64,000 nucleotides of DNA from the human T2T-CHM13v2.0 reference genome, Homo sapiens (GCF_009914755.1 NC_060929.1); one strand, 5' to 3'. Numbered from the stretch's first letter, positions 27,168 through 40,878 are shown. Notes: generated by a model not told the origin, from the sequence alone. Translations and numbers: made by a program.

Positions 27168-27447
27168 CCAGGGTCTTGCTCTGTCACCCTGGTTGGAATC
27201 AGTGGTATGATCTCCGCTCACTGCAGCCTCAACCTCCCCAACCTCAGGTGATCCTCTCACCTCAGCCTCCCGAGTAGCTGGGACTACAGGTGTGTGCCAC
27301 CACACCTGGCTACTTTTTGTATTTTTTTGTAGAGGCGGGGTTCACCATGTTGCCCAGGCTGGTCTTGAACTCCTGGACTCAAGTGATTCTCCTGCCTCAG
27401 CCCATCCAAAGTGCTGGGATTACAGGCATGAGCCACAGTGTCCAGCA
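27168..27447 (-). mobile_element. AluJb without its poly(A) tail
   Basis: cagggtcttgctctgtcacc...ctgcagcctcaacctcc...gatcctctcacctcagcc; directly abuts MER1A. Confidence 0.93.
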
Positions 27448-28289
27448 ATAAGATATTTTGAAAGACAAGAAAACTGAACAATTTCCTACAGATATATGTC
27501 CTCCTGGGCAAAGATGACAGATAATACTGCTCTCATATATCCTAGATAATCCCACAGCCCAAAATGCCCTCTGGAAATTCTACCATGGTTCACTCATTTT
27601 GAGTATCAGATGGTTTTCTGAAGGGCAGCATAACTCCATTTACTGTTATTTTGGTGTTAGTTACTATGTAATCAGAAATTTTGCTTTACCAGTTAGTTAG
27701 TAACATAGTAAATATGGATAATCTTGATTTGGTAGAGACAGTGTCTCAAATCACAGATTTAATGAGTGAAGGATGGACAAAGAGGGCTGGCTTCAGTGAG
27801 CTGTGAAAGTGATTAGTGCTTATGTTTGGAGCAAGAAAGAGGGTCTTGAAAAAGATTGATTGGTAATTCTGAGAGGAAATGATGTTGCCATGTTTAACTG
27901 CTTGACACATGCCAGATTGCAGCACCACTGTTTGCTAGTCATGATTGTGGAGGAAACTTTTCTTATTATTATTAAATCAAAGTTTAAAATATAGAGAGTG
28001 ATTGTACATTATGTGGAAGTTTTTACACAAAGTGTAATCTTAGTAATACAATATCCATATTTGCCAGGGACAATCTTGATTTACAGTCATTTCCCATCAT
28101 GCCTTTTGGTTAATTCTTGTCCTAGGTCACATTATCCTAGCTTGCAAGATACATAATAGGGTTGTCCTGATTATAACCTGTTTCTTGAAAATTTAGCGCA
28201 CTGTCTGACTCTTTGTAGACACTCAACAAATGTTGGTGATTTTTATTAGAATATTAACTCCCATCCCTACTATATTCCTTCTTGCATGA

Positions 28290-28490
28290 TGCTGGAACAT
28301 TTTATTACTTCTCCAAGCCTCAGTTTATTCATCTGTAGAATAAGAATGTAGCACAGTATAAGTACATAAAAAAGTTGTAACATACAATTGTTGAGGTTAA
28401 TGAAATAATTCATAGATCAACAACTTCGTATAATAAGAACATATAAAGTTATTGATAATTGATGTGTAAGTAGTTAACATTACCATCATT
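28290..28490 (+). mobile_element. MIR
   Basis: cttctccaagcctcagtttattcatctgtagaataagaat...ttgttgaggttaatgaaataat. Confidence 0.7.
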
Positions 28491-30247
28491 TTTATTACAA
28501 AAATACCTCAAATGAGCTGTATTTAGTATTCTAGACCCAAATTAGTGGATTATTGAATCACATCCCATAACCTAAAAGGGATTTTGGAAGGATTTAGGAA
28601 GATCATGGGGAGCTGGGGAAAACAGGTATGTGCCAAAATGTCTCGAGCTTTATGTGTATAAAGTGCTCTCAGTGTTAATGTTAATACATAGGCAGATTGT
28701 TTTATGACATAACTTTTAGCTGGATCATTCACAAGTCCAAGTGGTCCATTAAATTCACAGAGCCTCTATCTTTATTGCTAGAACAGGATATCTTATTAGT
28801 ATTCCAGAGCATATGATACAACAACTTACAGGATTCAAATGCCTGTGAAATTTGAGAACACTGAAAGTTGTGATAGAGGAAAAAAAAGCTAAGAAGAGAA
28901 TAGAAAAAAAAATAGAACATTTCCTCACACTGGTTCCCAGCTGGGATTACAGCTGCTTGATTCATACCATCTGGGGGTGTCTAATTAGAAACTACCTATA
29001 ATAGGCTTTTAAAGAAGTAATTTGAGAATAAACTTAACATCAGCTGCAGTTCAGATCCCAGAGGGCCTGGAGTTAAGGTAGCATGAACTAATGGATCAAT
29101 GAACAAAAGAAATATTCACTAATAGCGGTGCTTGAACAAAGTTACTCCTGAAAAAAGCAAAATGTCACATGTTTTTTCAATGCATAATAAATCTGCCCAA
29201 GAATAACTGACTTTCAGGTTAACAAATAAAAATGAGAAGCTATGCATATTACAGTGAGCACAGTCTGACTCCCACATTATGGTTTAAGTTGTTTTCCAAT
29301 CTTAAATCCAATTTTTAAAATATCATAATGCACTAATTCCAAAATAGACTGCACTTTAGTCTACCAATTTGGCCAATTATGGTTGGATTTTCCTTCCTAA
29401 ACCTTTTCTTGATTTTGTGTACTAAGACTGGCCTTAAGAAGAGACAAATTGATTGCTCTTTTCCTGTTTAACCTCATTAGTAAAGATTTCATTGACCAAC
29501 AAGATTGATTCAGACATAAAGGTGTCATGGAGATTTTTAGAAATAAAAATCATGCTGTTGATAGCATAAGTGGTCAAGACTTGAAAGGTGGACCCTGGGG
29601 GTGATGACAAACACAGGTTTTTTAATCTTTCAATTTTATAATCACGGCATTTTAACAACTTTTACTGATGTCTGTTATCTGTCACCAATGTTAAGTTTTA
29701 CAAAACAACATTAGGATACTCTACACAAATGAAACAAACATGAATTGTTTTACTTTTAATCATAAGATAGTGATTTTATTTTAAAGTGTTGGAATTAACT
29801 CTACCTCATATGCTGGTCAAATATAATATGCACCAGTAAAACTATTTAGCAAATGGGAACACGCTATGGCCTAATAAAAGAGACTACAGTCATACTTTTT
29901 AAAAAATTAATTAGTAGCAAACTTCAATGTTTCATTGATTCTATTTTGTCCTCTAAAAATGAAATAAGAATTAATTTTCTGGATATTGGAACATCCTTTG
30001 ATGTGCAGTTAAAAACACAAACATAAATCATTGTGATTAAAATAAAAGTCATTCAATAAAAAATTAATCACTACATTCTTTTGGATAAAAAATACTCAGC
30101 TCTCTGCAGAGGAACTCTGACACAGCAAAGTTTGAAACATCCAGAATTTTGTGGTTTCTATTAATTTGTTTTCACTGTCTTGTCTGTTATCAAATTATAA
30201 TTGCACATCATTCAAAAAATAAAAATAAAAATAAAAGAGACTAGCAA

Positions 30248-30451
30248 GGCCGGGTGCGCTGGCTCACGCCTGTAATCCCAGTACTTTCGGAGTCCAAGGC
30301 AGGTGGACCATGAGGTTAAGAGATCGAGACCATCCTGGCCAACATGACAAAACCCCATCTGTACTAAAAATACAAAAATTAGCTGGGTGTCATGGCACAT
30401 GCATGTAGTCCCATCCTGGTGACAGAGCAAGACTCCATCTCAAAAAAAAAA
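30248..30451 (+). mobile_element. AluSc with most of the right arm deleted
   Basis: aagagatcgagaccatcctggccaacatg diagnostic; gtagtccca joined straight to tcctggtgacagagc; TSD-like aaaagagactagcaa / aaaagatagtagcaa. Confidence 0.93.
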
Positions 30452-31734
30452 GATAGTAGCAAATGTTGCAATACTAGATAAAATCATGTACAATTTTTAA
30501 AACATGTACATTGCCATCATGTCATAGTTTTTGCTGTTTCTTTTCTAATTCCAAAGTAAAATATCCACGTACAAAACTCTCACTTTCTTTATCATTGTAT
30601 CTAGTATCTCAGGAATTGACAGAGCTATTTTCAAATGTAGAGAAAAATATGAAATTGTATATCCAACATTAGCAAGCTATCATCAATATTCATTAAGTAC
30701 ATTATCTCATACATAACAAATGGAAAATGTTCTCTTGACACACACGAGAGTTTAATATTTAGATCACAATCACTAAGAATATTTAAATCTGAAGCAGATA
30801 AAGTTTCATGGTTTTAATTCCCAATTTATAATTATTTAATTTAATGTCATTATATTTGTGCTATTATTAATTTTATTATGTTGAACATCAGTTATCTCTT
30901 TTTTATACGTTGAAATTAAATATGAGACTAATAGGCTCTATATCCTAATGAGACTTGGGTATAACTAAAGTGAAAATGCCATTGGGCCTCAAATACAGTG
31001 TTCTAAGAGGGAACAGGGCAGAGCATCCATGATATTTTTTAGTATTCCAAAATGCACCTCCAGTAAATCAGGTTTATAATAAAACAGCACTTCTAAATAA
31101 TTAAGGAAATATTAACTTGGGCATATCAAGATTCATTGCAAAGTGGGAGGAAGGTTTATTTAAAAACAACTTTTGATGGAATATCATCCATATATTCTAC
31201 AGCATATAATACTCCTGGGGGGATCCTCTTTTGACTCAAGATTTATATTAACAAAACAAGTAGCAGATTAGCACAGGTGGAAAGAGAAAATTTGTCAACT
31301 GAGAAATGGGAGGTTGCTCTAGATGTAAATTAAGTGGTAGAAAGTACTGACATAAGAATGGGAGATGGTAATGGATCTGAACATAGATATCTAGGGGAGA
31401 AATTTATATATGGCAACTGTGGAAAAGAGGAGGTGGAGGAGAAGCGGTAAGGCAGGGAGAATTCATTACACATTTGTTCACTGAACTCAAACGTGGCAGT
31501 GTACTCCCCTGTGAAACTTTTGTAATCAGATAGAAGATAAAACTAACAGAAAGCACGAAGCAGTCACTAAATCTTTTTACTATCTATGGATTCTGGCCAC
31601 AGCCATAAGATTTATTTGACAAAAGGATTGCTTGAAAACAGCAAATTGTGTCATTGGGTATTTTTCTTTGGAGAACATGACACTTCAACTTTCTCAAATT
31701 CAATTTTTACAGACTTACAGCTCCATATTGAGTT

Positions 31735-31773
31735 ACACACACCCACACACACACACTCACACACACACACACA
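31735..31773. repeat. Imperfect (CA)n microsatellite
   Basis: Direct reading. Confidence 0.9.
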
Positions 31774-31967
31774 TTTAAGTGGTTTGGGTCTGTGTCCCCG
31801 CCCAAATCTGATGTGGAATTGTGATCCCCAGTGTTGGAGGTATGGCCTGGTGAGACGTGATTGGATCATAGGGGCAGAGTTTTCATGAATAGTTCAGCAC
31901 CATCCCCCTTTGGTAATGTATCCTGAGTGAGTTCTCACAAGATCTAGTTGTTTAAAAGTGTGTGGCA
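31774..31967 (+). mobile_element. MSTA-like LTR, 5' half only
   Basis: ggtttgggtctgtgtccccgcccaaatctgatg...agcaccatcccc...gttgtttaaaagtgtgtggca, then similarity ends. Confidence 0.85.
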
Positions 31968-32287
31968 ATTTATTATGCATGAGCATATGTATGTTATTTC
32001 ACCCAATGTAATATGTGATAATATGTATCAACTGAGCACTGCTCAACTAAATTATGGTATAGCCATCTGATGGACTACTCAGATTTCCAAAAGAAAGGTA
32101 AAGTAAGTATTGATATGGAAAACTCTCCAATATACAATATCAATGCATAAATGGGGATATTAATTAATAAATTCTTCTGTTAAAAATATGAAAAAGTCAT
32201 ATGCACTTCCATACATATATATGCACACAAAGTTATACAATGTGTGGATTTATGTATGTGCGTGTATGCATGTGTTGGTGTCTGTGA

Positions 32288-32714
<427 letters not shown>

Positions 32715-33080
32715 CCTTTTCTCCTTTCAATTCTTTCTCTCCTCTCCTTCTTTTGCTGCTTCTCCTTCTCCTCCTCTTCTACCTACTCCAATCATATTTG
32801 GATGGCTTTTCATATATTGTGCTAAGTTTCAAAATTTACAGTGCTTCTCAGTGATGAGATCATGGGCTAATTTTATATATGCTTTCATTTTCTCTAATTT
32901 TCTATATTAAAAATATAATACTAGTTATTAAAAATATTTATTCAGTTTAGACATGGCTATGCAGACATTGCTAAACTTTCACAACATTAAGCTCTACATA
33001 CCTCAAAGCATAGCCAAGGAAGAAATGATTCTTGTCTAAACTAATGCACTTCTAGTAAACTAAGATGTAACATTTCCCTC

Positions 33081-33923
33081 TTTTTTATTTTTATTTTTTG
33101 TGGGTAGGTAGTAGGTGTATATATTTATGGAGTACATGAGATGCTTTGATACATGCATAATAATCACATCAGGGTAAATTGAATATCCATCACTTCACAC
33201 AGTTATCCTTTGTGTTACAAACAATCTGATTATACTCTTCTAGTTATTTTAAAATGTACAATTAAATTATTTTTGACTATAGTCACCCTGTTGTGCTAGC
33301 AAATGCTAGGTCTTATTCATTCTTTCTAACTATGTTTTTATACCTATTAGTCTGCCCCGCTTTCCTCCCAAACCCTCACTACCCTTCTCAGCCTGTTAAC
33401 CTTTATACTGTTTATCTCCATGAGTTCAACTGTTTTAAGCCTTAGCTCCCACAAATAAGTGAGAGCATCCGAAGTTTGTCTTTCTGTGCCTGGCTTGTTT
33501 CACTTAACATAATGACCTCCAGTTCTATCCACATTGTAGCAAATGACAGGAACTCATTTTTTTTTATGGCTGAATGGTATTCCATTTTGTATATGTACTA
33601 TATTTTCTTTATTCATTCATCTCTTGATGGATGCTTAGGTTGATTCCAAATTTTGGCTATTGTGAGTAGTGCTGCAATAAACATGGAGTGCAGATATCTC
33701 TCTGATATACTATGTCCTTTCTTTTGGTTATATACCCAGGAGTGGGATTGCTGGATCATATGATAGCTCAATTTTTGCTTTTTGAGAAACCTCCAGACTG
33801 TTCTCCTTAAGGGTCATACTAATGTACATTCCCACTGACAGTGTACAAGGGTTCCTTTTTCTGTATCTCCGCGCCAACATTTGTTATTGCCTGAATTTGG
33901 GATAAAAGCCATTTTAACTGGGG
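33081..33923 (-). mobile_element. L1MA (L1MA2-like) 3' end
   Basis: gtaggtgtatatatttatggagtacatgagat...tcctttgtgttacaaacaatc...ttttggctattgtgagtagtgctgcaataaacatgg. Confidence 0.9.
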
Positions 33924-34009
33924 CCTCTTAACTTTTTCCCCACACATTTCTTAATTCCTTGATGAAAAATGCTAAAAGATAAGTCACTTTCATACTTTCT
34001 AGATATAGT

Positions 34010-35250
34010 TATTCATTCACTCTTTTATTTTTTTAAGTTTCTTATTTAATAGATATGTATTAAATATTTACCTTGTCTCAGCCAATGTAATGTGTGACAG
34101 GCATACAAAGATGAATATAGCAGAAAGTTTATGCCTCTTAAGAAGCATAATGAAGTCATTTAAACAAATAATAGCTACAAATTTTGATAAGCACTGTCAT
34201 AGAGGTAAGAATATTATGGTGGGGTGGGACGGAAGAAATTAAAATATGTCAATCTACTTTGCGTTGTAAGGAAAATCTTGGCAAAGAAGATACATGTTAT
34301 GATTTGGCTCTGTGACCCCACCCAAATCTCAACTCGAATTGTAATCCCCATGTGTCATGGGGAGGGACCTGGTGGGAGGTGATTAGCTCAAAGGGGTGGT
34401 TTTCTATGCTGTTCTTGTGATAGTGAGGGGGTTCTCAGGAGATCTGATGGTTTTATAAGTGGCAGTTTCCCCTGCATGCTCTCTCTCTTACCTGCCACAG
34501 TGTAAGACTTGCCTTGCTTTCCCTTCACCTTCCACCATGATTATAAGTTTACTTATAAGTTCAGCCATGTGGAACTGTGAGTCAAGTAAGCCTCTTTTGT
34601 TTATAAATTATCCATTCTCAGGTAGTATCTTTATAGCAGTGTGAAATGGACTAATAAGATAAACTTCAATAGAATACTTAAGAAATTGTGGTAATCAACT
34701 AGTTTATGAATGGAAAGAATCATTTTATCAAAGGAAATTAAAAGCATAACAATGTGGCATTAAAACAGATTAGGCAGTTCTGAGGGTTGTAAGGATGATG
34801 GAACAGGTACATAATAGGACAATATGGGAGAATAATTAAAGAAGTCCTGAGGGTAGGTGACTGAGGCCTTATATGTTATAAAAGGGGGATTTTACTCTAG
34901 GAATTGGGAAAGTGTTTTAAGAAAGAGAATAGTGTGATTATATTTGCTTTTTAGTTTGAAAAGAAGTAGCCTGGAAATGAATGAGATTACAGCCAGAGAA
35001 GAGAGAGAATATATTTTGATGAAAGAATATATTTGGATACTGATACAATAGTCCAGGTTAAAGATGATTTGGACCCTGGCACATGGAGGATGCTGTAGGG
35101 TCATAAAGGAAGAAATGGTAATAAAAATAACTAAAGTTCAATTGGATGAAGTTTTCAAGCCAACAAAGCATAAAACACAGACACAAAAATGATGTCTAAA
35201 ATGATTTCTTAGTTTCTTAATCATGTATTAGGTGTCAACCAAGATAGGGA
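34010..35250 (-). mobile_element. L2 3' region interrupted by a THE1D LTR
   Basis: attcattcac...taaatatttaccttgt...aaagatgaatatagcag; gaaagtgttttaagaaagagaatagtgtgattatatttgc; tacaatagtccaggttaaagatgat. Confidence 0.65.
34295..34657 (+). mobile_element. THE1D solo LTR
   Basis: tgttatgatttggctctgtgaccccacccaaatctc...ggtagtatctttatagcagtgtgaaatggactaata. Confidence 0.92.
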
Positions 35251-35269
35251 ATACAGACAGAGCAGTAAA

Positions 35270-35850
35270 GAGTTCAGCCCCAGACTCAATCCTATATGTG
35301 ATTTTTGGGCCCATCCATAAACTTGACCAAGTGGGTCCCACAGGGAGAGCTGCCCTCCCTACACTAGTGCATAGTCCTCTAATGGCAGTTTCAGTAAGGG
35401 CTGCAGGGCCATGCTCACACACAGATCAGCATCACTTGACTGGTGCCTCCCCTGGAGGCCTCTCCACTGTGGGACCTTGGCAGACCTTCCCCAAGCATGT
35501 TTGCCCAAGACCTCCTTTTCATGGGGAGAGGAGGAGGAGTCTTGAAGACAATTGTCTTCCTTCTGATTCAATACTCAGTGCTTTTCCACTACCAGCCTTT
35601 TCCTGACCTTCCATAAAACTGCAGGAGCCTGTTGTTCAGGGTTCCTTTGATAGACAACCCCACATCTGTGCCGACCCATGTGATCCTTGATAGAGCTGTT
35701 TCATGGAGGAAAAAAAGGATGGGAACTGGACCGTCAGGGCTTTTTCCAGTTTAACCTCAAAGGTTTGTTAATGTCCTTTTGTCTTGATGTCTTAATTGCC
35801 TACTCCAACACCTGGCTCTCTCTCCAGAGTAGTTAAGCTCCTGATGGCTG
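35270..35850. mobile_element. Probable old LTR (ERVL MER54/MER74-like); family uncertain
   Basis: GC-richer block in AT-rich flanks; TATA-like ccataaaactgcaggagcctgttgttcaggg resembles recalled ERVL LTRs. Confidence 0.4.
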
Positions 35851-35944
35851 GGGATAAATTTAATGACTACTGTTTTGTATAAGTTGAGGTTAATCTAATT
35901 AATTTACCTAGAGGGAAAATTCTGACCTCTATCTGTCAGACCTC

Positions 35945-36200
35945 ATTTAAAACACAGAGGTCATGAAGATAAATCTGGCTTCTGCCTTCAAGGAGCTTAC
36001 AGTCTGGTGAAGATGATAGCTGGATAGCTAGACATAACAATAAAACCACAGCTGTTCCCTTGTGATAATTTCTGTTATGAGTTATGTACAGTGGAATATG
36101 AAAAATATATAAATGGTACATAACCAATTCTAGGAGGTCAGGGCAAGCTTCCTGGGAGAAATGCTGTCTATAGGTAGACACAGAGAGACAAGAATCAAAG
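35945..36200 (-). mobile_element. L2 fragment
   Basis: ctgccttcaaggagcttacagtctggtg...ggaggtcagggcaagcttcctgggagaaatg. Confidence 0.75.
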
Positions 36201-36306
36201 CCTCTTCTGAAGAAGGGTTAAATAAATCTCAGGCAGATAGGCTATGCATGACCTGCTTCTTTTATCTGTCATTTTTGTTGTTGAGTTACTTGCTAAATTT
36301 TAAGAA

Positions 36307-36346
36307 TTTTATATATATAATATATTTATAATATTTTATATATATA

Positions 36347-36377
<31 letters not shown>
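36307..36377. repeat. AT-rich imperfect (TA)n repeat
   Basis: Direct reading. Confidence 0.9.
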
Positions 36378-36499
36378 TCTTCTACATATCAGTGCTCTGT
36401 CAATTCAGCCTAATTCTGGCAAAAGCATTAAGGACTTCAATTTTTACCAGGTTTGAAAGGGGAGCAGTCCTTTGAATTAGAATTATTTGAAAAACGTAG

Positions 36500-36970
36500 G
36501 GCTATTCTGAAACAACAACCCAATTGAAAATGCATGGACACTATAACTATTATACTTCCAGATGCATACAAAAATACTTTTATTGTCACATGGGCACAAA
36601 GATGTATATTGAAAGCTGTTCACTGAAACAGTATTTATAATAATGAAACCTGGAAGCAACATATCTCTTAATGGGGATATAGACAAGTAAAGTACAACAT
36701 ACACATGTTATAGAAAAAAATGCAGCCTTCTAAAAAATGGGTAAGCTGTATAGATATAGAAAAGAAAAAAGCATTGTACAAATAATATGTATACTTTAAT
36801 AAAAGTTGTACTAAATTTTAAATGTAATATAAATATCATACCTTCTATATATATATATAAAATTATCAAAAAAAGACTGAATTATAATACATGAAGAGTA
36901 GGAAAAAATAGTTGCACTGAGTTTTATATTTTCTGAATGTTTAAATCTTTCCACACAATATGTAATAATT
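36500..36970 (+). mobile_element. L1ME-type 3' fragment
   Basis: gttcactgaaacagtatttataataatgaaacctggaagcaac...taatggggatatagacaagtaaa. Confidence 0.6.
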
Positions 36971-37567
36971 AGACTTTTAAAATGCCAGTAAGGTAATATA
37001 TACAAATAGCTAATTAAAGCTTAATAAGAACTTTGGAAAAATATTTTTAATAAAGGTTTTACATACATCAGGGTTACAATTAAATTTAACATGCTTTTTA
37101 TTTTGTCAATTTCTTTTATTTAAAAAATACTTAAACTAACTTCCTTTTTGCTTTTTCCTATTAAAAGAAAAAGCATTTTGCCCTCACAAAAGAAAATTAG
37201 TTTCAGATTACTAGTAATTATTTAGGTACTAATTAAAAAAATGAATCTCAGTTACTAAATACACAAATAAGGGAGTTATATGAAACTGTGCAGTAGTCAT
37301 TATATGGATAGTCATATTTAAAATAAAATGAAAAGAGACTAAAATATGCATTTGTGCTTTTAACTCTGAAAACCTGAATAGGTATTCAACTGTTGATTCT
37401 GAGTATTTACAGAACTTTATTCCTTCTTTGGACATGCTTTGGCAGTTTTTACCTAATGTATACACATTTTTGCCTTGTTCTTAATAATTAAAAATATGAG
37501 AAAAAGATATTCAAAAAGTGGTTTTTTGTGCGTACTGATGATAAACACTAATATAAAAAGTTACAGA

Positions 37568-37865
37568 GGTCGGGCACAGTGGCTCACACCTGTAATCCCA
37601 GCACTTTGGGAGGCCACAGTGAGTGGACCACTTGAAGTCAGGAGTTTTAGACCAGGCTGGCCAACATGGTGAAACTCCATCTCTACTTAAAAAAATAAAT
37701 AAATAAATAAACAGGCATAGTGGCTCACGTCTGTAATCCCAGCTACTGGGGAGGCTGAGGTGGGAAAATCACTTGAGCCCAGGAGGCGGAAGCTGCACTG
37801 AGCCAAGATCACGCCATTGCCCTCCATCCTGGGTGACAAAGCGAGACTCCATCTCAAAAAAAAAG
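37568..37865 (+). mobile_element. AluS (Sz-like)
   Basis: Full dimer; TSD aaaagttacaga / aaaagttataga. Confidence 0.95.
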
Positions 37866-38274
37866 AAAAGTTATAGAAATAAATATGATGATATGATTTA
37901 CTGAAAGCAAGTCTCAAATGCCTAAAAAAGGCCAAACTTCCTTTGGTCTTTGGATATCATTCTGGAGGGTGGGTGAGTCTACTTTTGTTTAAAACGTGTT
38001 ATTTTCATTTATTTTTGAGCAAAAATATCATTTTATAATTTACACTTATTGAACATAATTGTGGAAATACTACTAAATTGTCTCCACATGGAAAATTTCT
38101 TGTGACATGTATTTCTTCTAACTTGTGAAGTTCACAGCTATTTCAAAAAACAGTTAAGCTTGTTCCAAAAACTCACTGCCATCCCACCAAACACACATAT
38201 GGACTTGAGAATAATTAGGCTTTCAGAAACCATTTTAGTATCCAATTAATTGTAGTTTTCTTCAGAAAGTGGTG

Positions 38275-38375
38275 TAAATCTGATTATATATAGTTGCTTC
38301 ATGTAGTATAAATCTGATTATACACAATTGTTTCATATAGTATATATCTGATGATATACAATTGCTTCATGTAGT
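38275..38375. repeat. Minisatellite, 3 x 34 bp
   Basis: Units start at 38275, 38309 and 38343; consensus taaatctgattatatacaattgcttcatgtagta. Confidence 0.92.
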
Positions 38376-38470
38376 TAAACTTGTTACTAGATAATCCACG
38401 TGTAATTGTCACAGAAAGTCTTACGTGTACATTTGGACAATGTCTCTATCTCTGTTTCTTTCTCTCTGTT

Positions 38471-38503
<33 letters not shown>

Positions 38504-39523
38504 GTCCTTTACAATTACTTTGGAAAAAAATCACAAAAAGGAAAAAATCATTAATCTGAGATTATAACATAAAACCCACAATTTGTCGGTAAACCATCTT
38601 TAAATCTATGTTTATACTTGAAATCTACTAGGCTTATGAGAGTCAAAGACTTCCAAGCTTTGAATATTCTTTTTGCTTCAAAAGGAACTGAAAATCTAAA
38701 TGTAATTTGGTACACCTTTTAAAATATTCACTGCTGCCTGCCAGCTAGCTGCAGGTTATTTTAGCTACTAGAAGCAGCACTAATTTGCAATATCTTTCTA
38801 AGACTATCTATAGGTAAAAATTTGACATTGGCTGACTCTAACCAATGTCAAGCTTTAGGATAGCAACATCATCCCTAAAAGAAAAATGAGAAATAACCTA
38901 ACTATCTAAACATCAAAAACAAATTAACCTTGCCTGACCATTTTTAGGACAACATAATGGTTTCTTGAGATTTTTCAACATTTATGAAAAGATAAAAATT
39001 AAGATGAGTCATTTAATAGCATGCATGCTTGAACCAATAAAATGATTTCTTATTTTATGAGTTGTTTTTAAAAAATGAGCCCAGATGTTTCAAATTATAA
39101 ATAATTTGTCAATTTATGCATAAAGCCAAATTTGAAAAATGTGACTGGTCATTCCCATTAAGAAACTCAACTGAAAATCTGTTTCACTGAATCAAGCTTA
39201 AATAAGTAATTGTGTACTTAGATGTAGCTGAATTCTAAGAACTATTTGGACCACAACTTATAGACTATTTATATATTTTGCAAACTGTTTGCTGTTCTCT
39301 GACTTCAAGTAAGAGAGAGATATTAAGTGACAAATCATACAACGGAAAGGGAGTTATATAGGAAGACTCTCCATTTTGACTCAGAATACAATATGTACCC
39401 ATCTTTAAGTTTTAATGGGGAGAACTGTGTGGCTGACTTTTTTTTTTCCCAATCTAGCTTCCTCATTTGGAAGAATGTTTTGTTTCTGTATATGAAAACT
39501 GAAGGATTTCTATTCAAGGCCAC

Positions 39524-39962
39524 TGTGGTAGACAGAATAATGGCTTACTAAAATGTCGACGTCCTAATTTCTGGAACCTGTGAAAATGTCACCTTCCATG
39601 ACAAAAAGACATTGTAGAAGCAATTATTTAAGGATCTAGAGATGAGAATATTAAGGTGGGTTATTTGGGTGTTCCAAATGTGAACCCAAGTGGAGTTCTT
39701 GTAAGACTGAGAAGATGCCTTCGAGTTAGGAAGGAGATGGGAGATGTGTCATGAAAGCAGAGGTTGGAGTGACAGGATTTCAAGTTGGAGAAAGGGGTTA
39801 TAGCCAAGAATCCAAGCAGCCTCAAGAGAGTAGAAGCTCTTGATCTTCACCTATGTGACTCTATTTTAGTCTTTACTTGCAGAACTGTAAGATAGTAGAT
39901 TTGTGGTGTTTTAATCCACTAAGTTGGTAGTAATGTGCTCCAGCCACTATGAGACAAATACA
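39524..39962 (+). mobile_element. MLT1D LTR
   Basis: tgtggtagacagaataatggc...ggaacctgtgaaaatgtcacctt...cagaactgtaagatagtagatttgtg...acaaataca. Confidence 0.85.
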
Positions 39963-39963
39963 G

Positions 39964-40024
<61 letters not shown>

Positions 40025-40037
40025 GTGTGGGTGTGTA
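39964..40037. repeat. Compound (TA)n(CA)n(TA)n(TG)n microsatellite
   Basis: Direct reading. Confidence 0.95.
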
Positions 40038-40511
40038 TTAGGAAAAGTAGTAAATCTAAATCTAGATTTTCTCATTCTCACCTAGGTTCTTATATTTTTA
40101 ATTATATAACTAGTTACATAACATTATTTATATAATACTAGTTATATAAATAGTGCTCTATTGTTTTCCTTGTATTTTAATTTTTCTGTTAAAAGAAAGT
40201 TTAAGAACATATGTATCCATATATGTATATACACATGCAGAAATGTATATCTGTGTATGTGTGTGTGTTTATATATGAGTATATATATTCAAAGTTCTGA
40301 AATGTTTTTCAAAGCAATGCTGGCAATGGAATTCTCATTTCTATGTGTCTTTTCTGTGGAGGTTTAAGTATGATTTATTTGGGAATTGCTACATTATCCT
40401 GACAAAAATATAACAGTAGTGGCAATATATAATCCCCCAAAAATGTTAAATCTCCAGATAACTTTTAATGAGTTGGCATTGACTAGTATGAGAAAAACAA
40501 GGCACAGAGAG

Positions 40512-40878
40512 TGATATGGTTTGGCTCTGTGCTGTCACCCAAATCTCATCTTGAATCGTAATCCCCATAATGCCCATGTGTTGAGGGGCCTGGTGGGAGG
40601 TGATTGGATCATGGGCACAGTTTCCCCTAGATGTTCTCATGATAGTGAATGAGTTCTCATGAGATCTGATGGTTTTACAAGTGTTTGACAGTGCCTCCTT
40701 CACATGCTCTCTCTCCCCTGCTGCCATGTAAGACGTGCCTGTTTCCCCTTCCACCATGATTGTAAGTTCCCTGAGGCCTCCCCAGCCATGCAGAACTGTG
40801 AGTCAATTAAGCCTCTTTCCTTTGTAAATTACCCTGTCTCAGGTATTCTTTATAGCAATGTGAAAATGGATTAATACA
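40512..40878 (+). mobile_element. THE1D solo LTR
   Basis: TG...CA termini; perfect 5-bp TSD gagag at 40507-40511 and 40879-40883. Confidence 0.95.

Noticed and set aside
35232-35606. 124-aa ORF in a GC-richer block
   Set aside because: Non-ATG start, no recognisable domain, and it overlaps a probable LTR.
38275-38375. CRISPR-like array
   Set aside because: Head-to-tail units without spacers, in a mammalian context.
40776-40790. Possible PRDM9 hotspot motif in a THE1 LTR
   Set aside because: It reads CCTCCCCAGCCAT rather than CCTCCCTNNCCAC; the other LTRs match less well.
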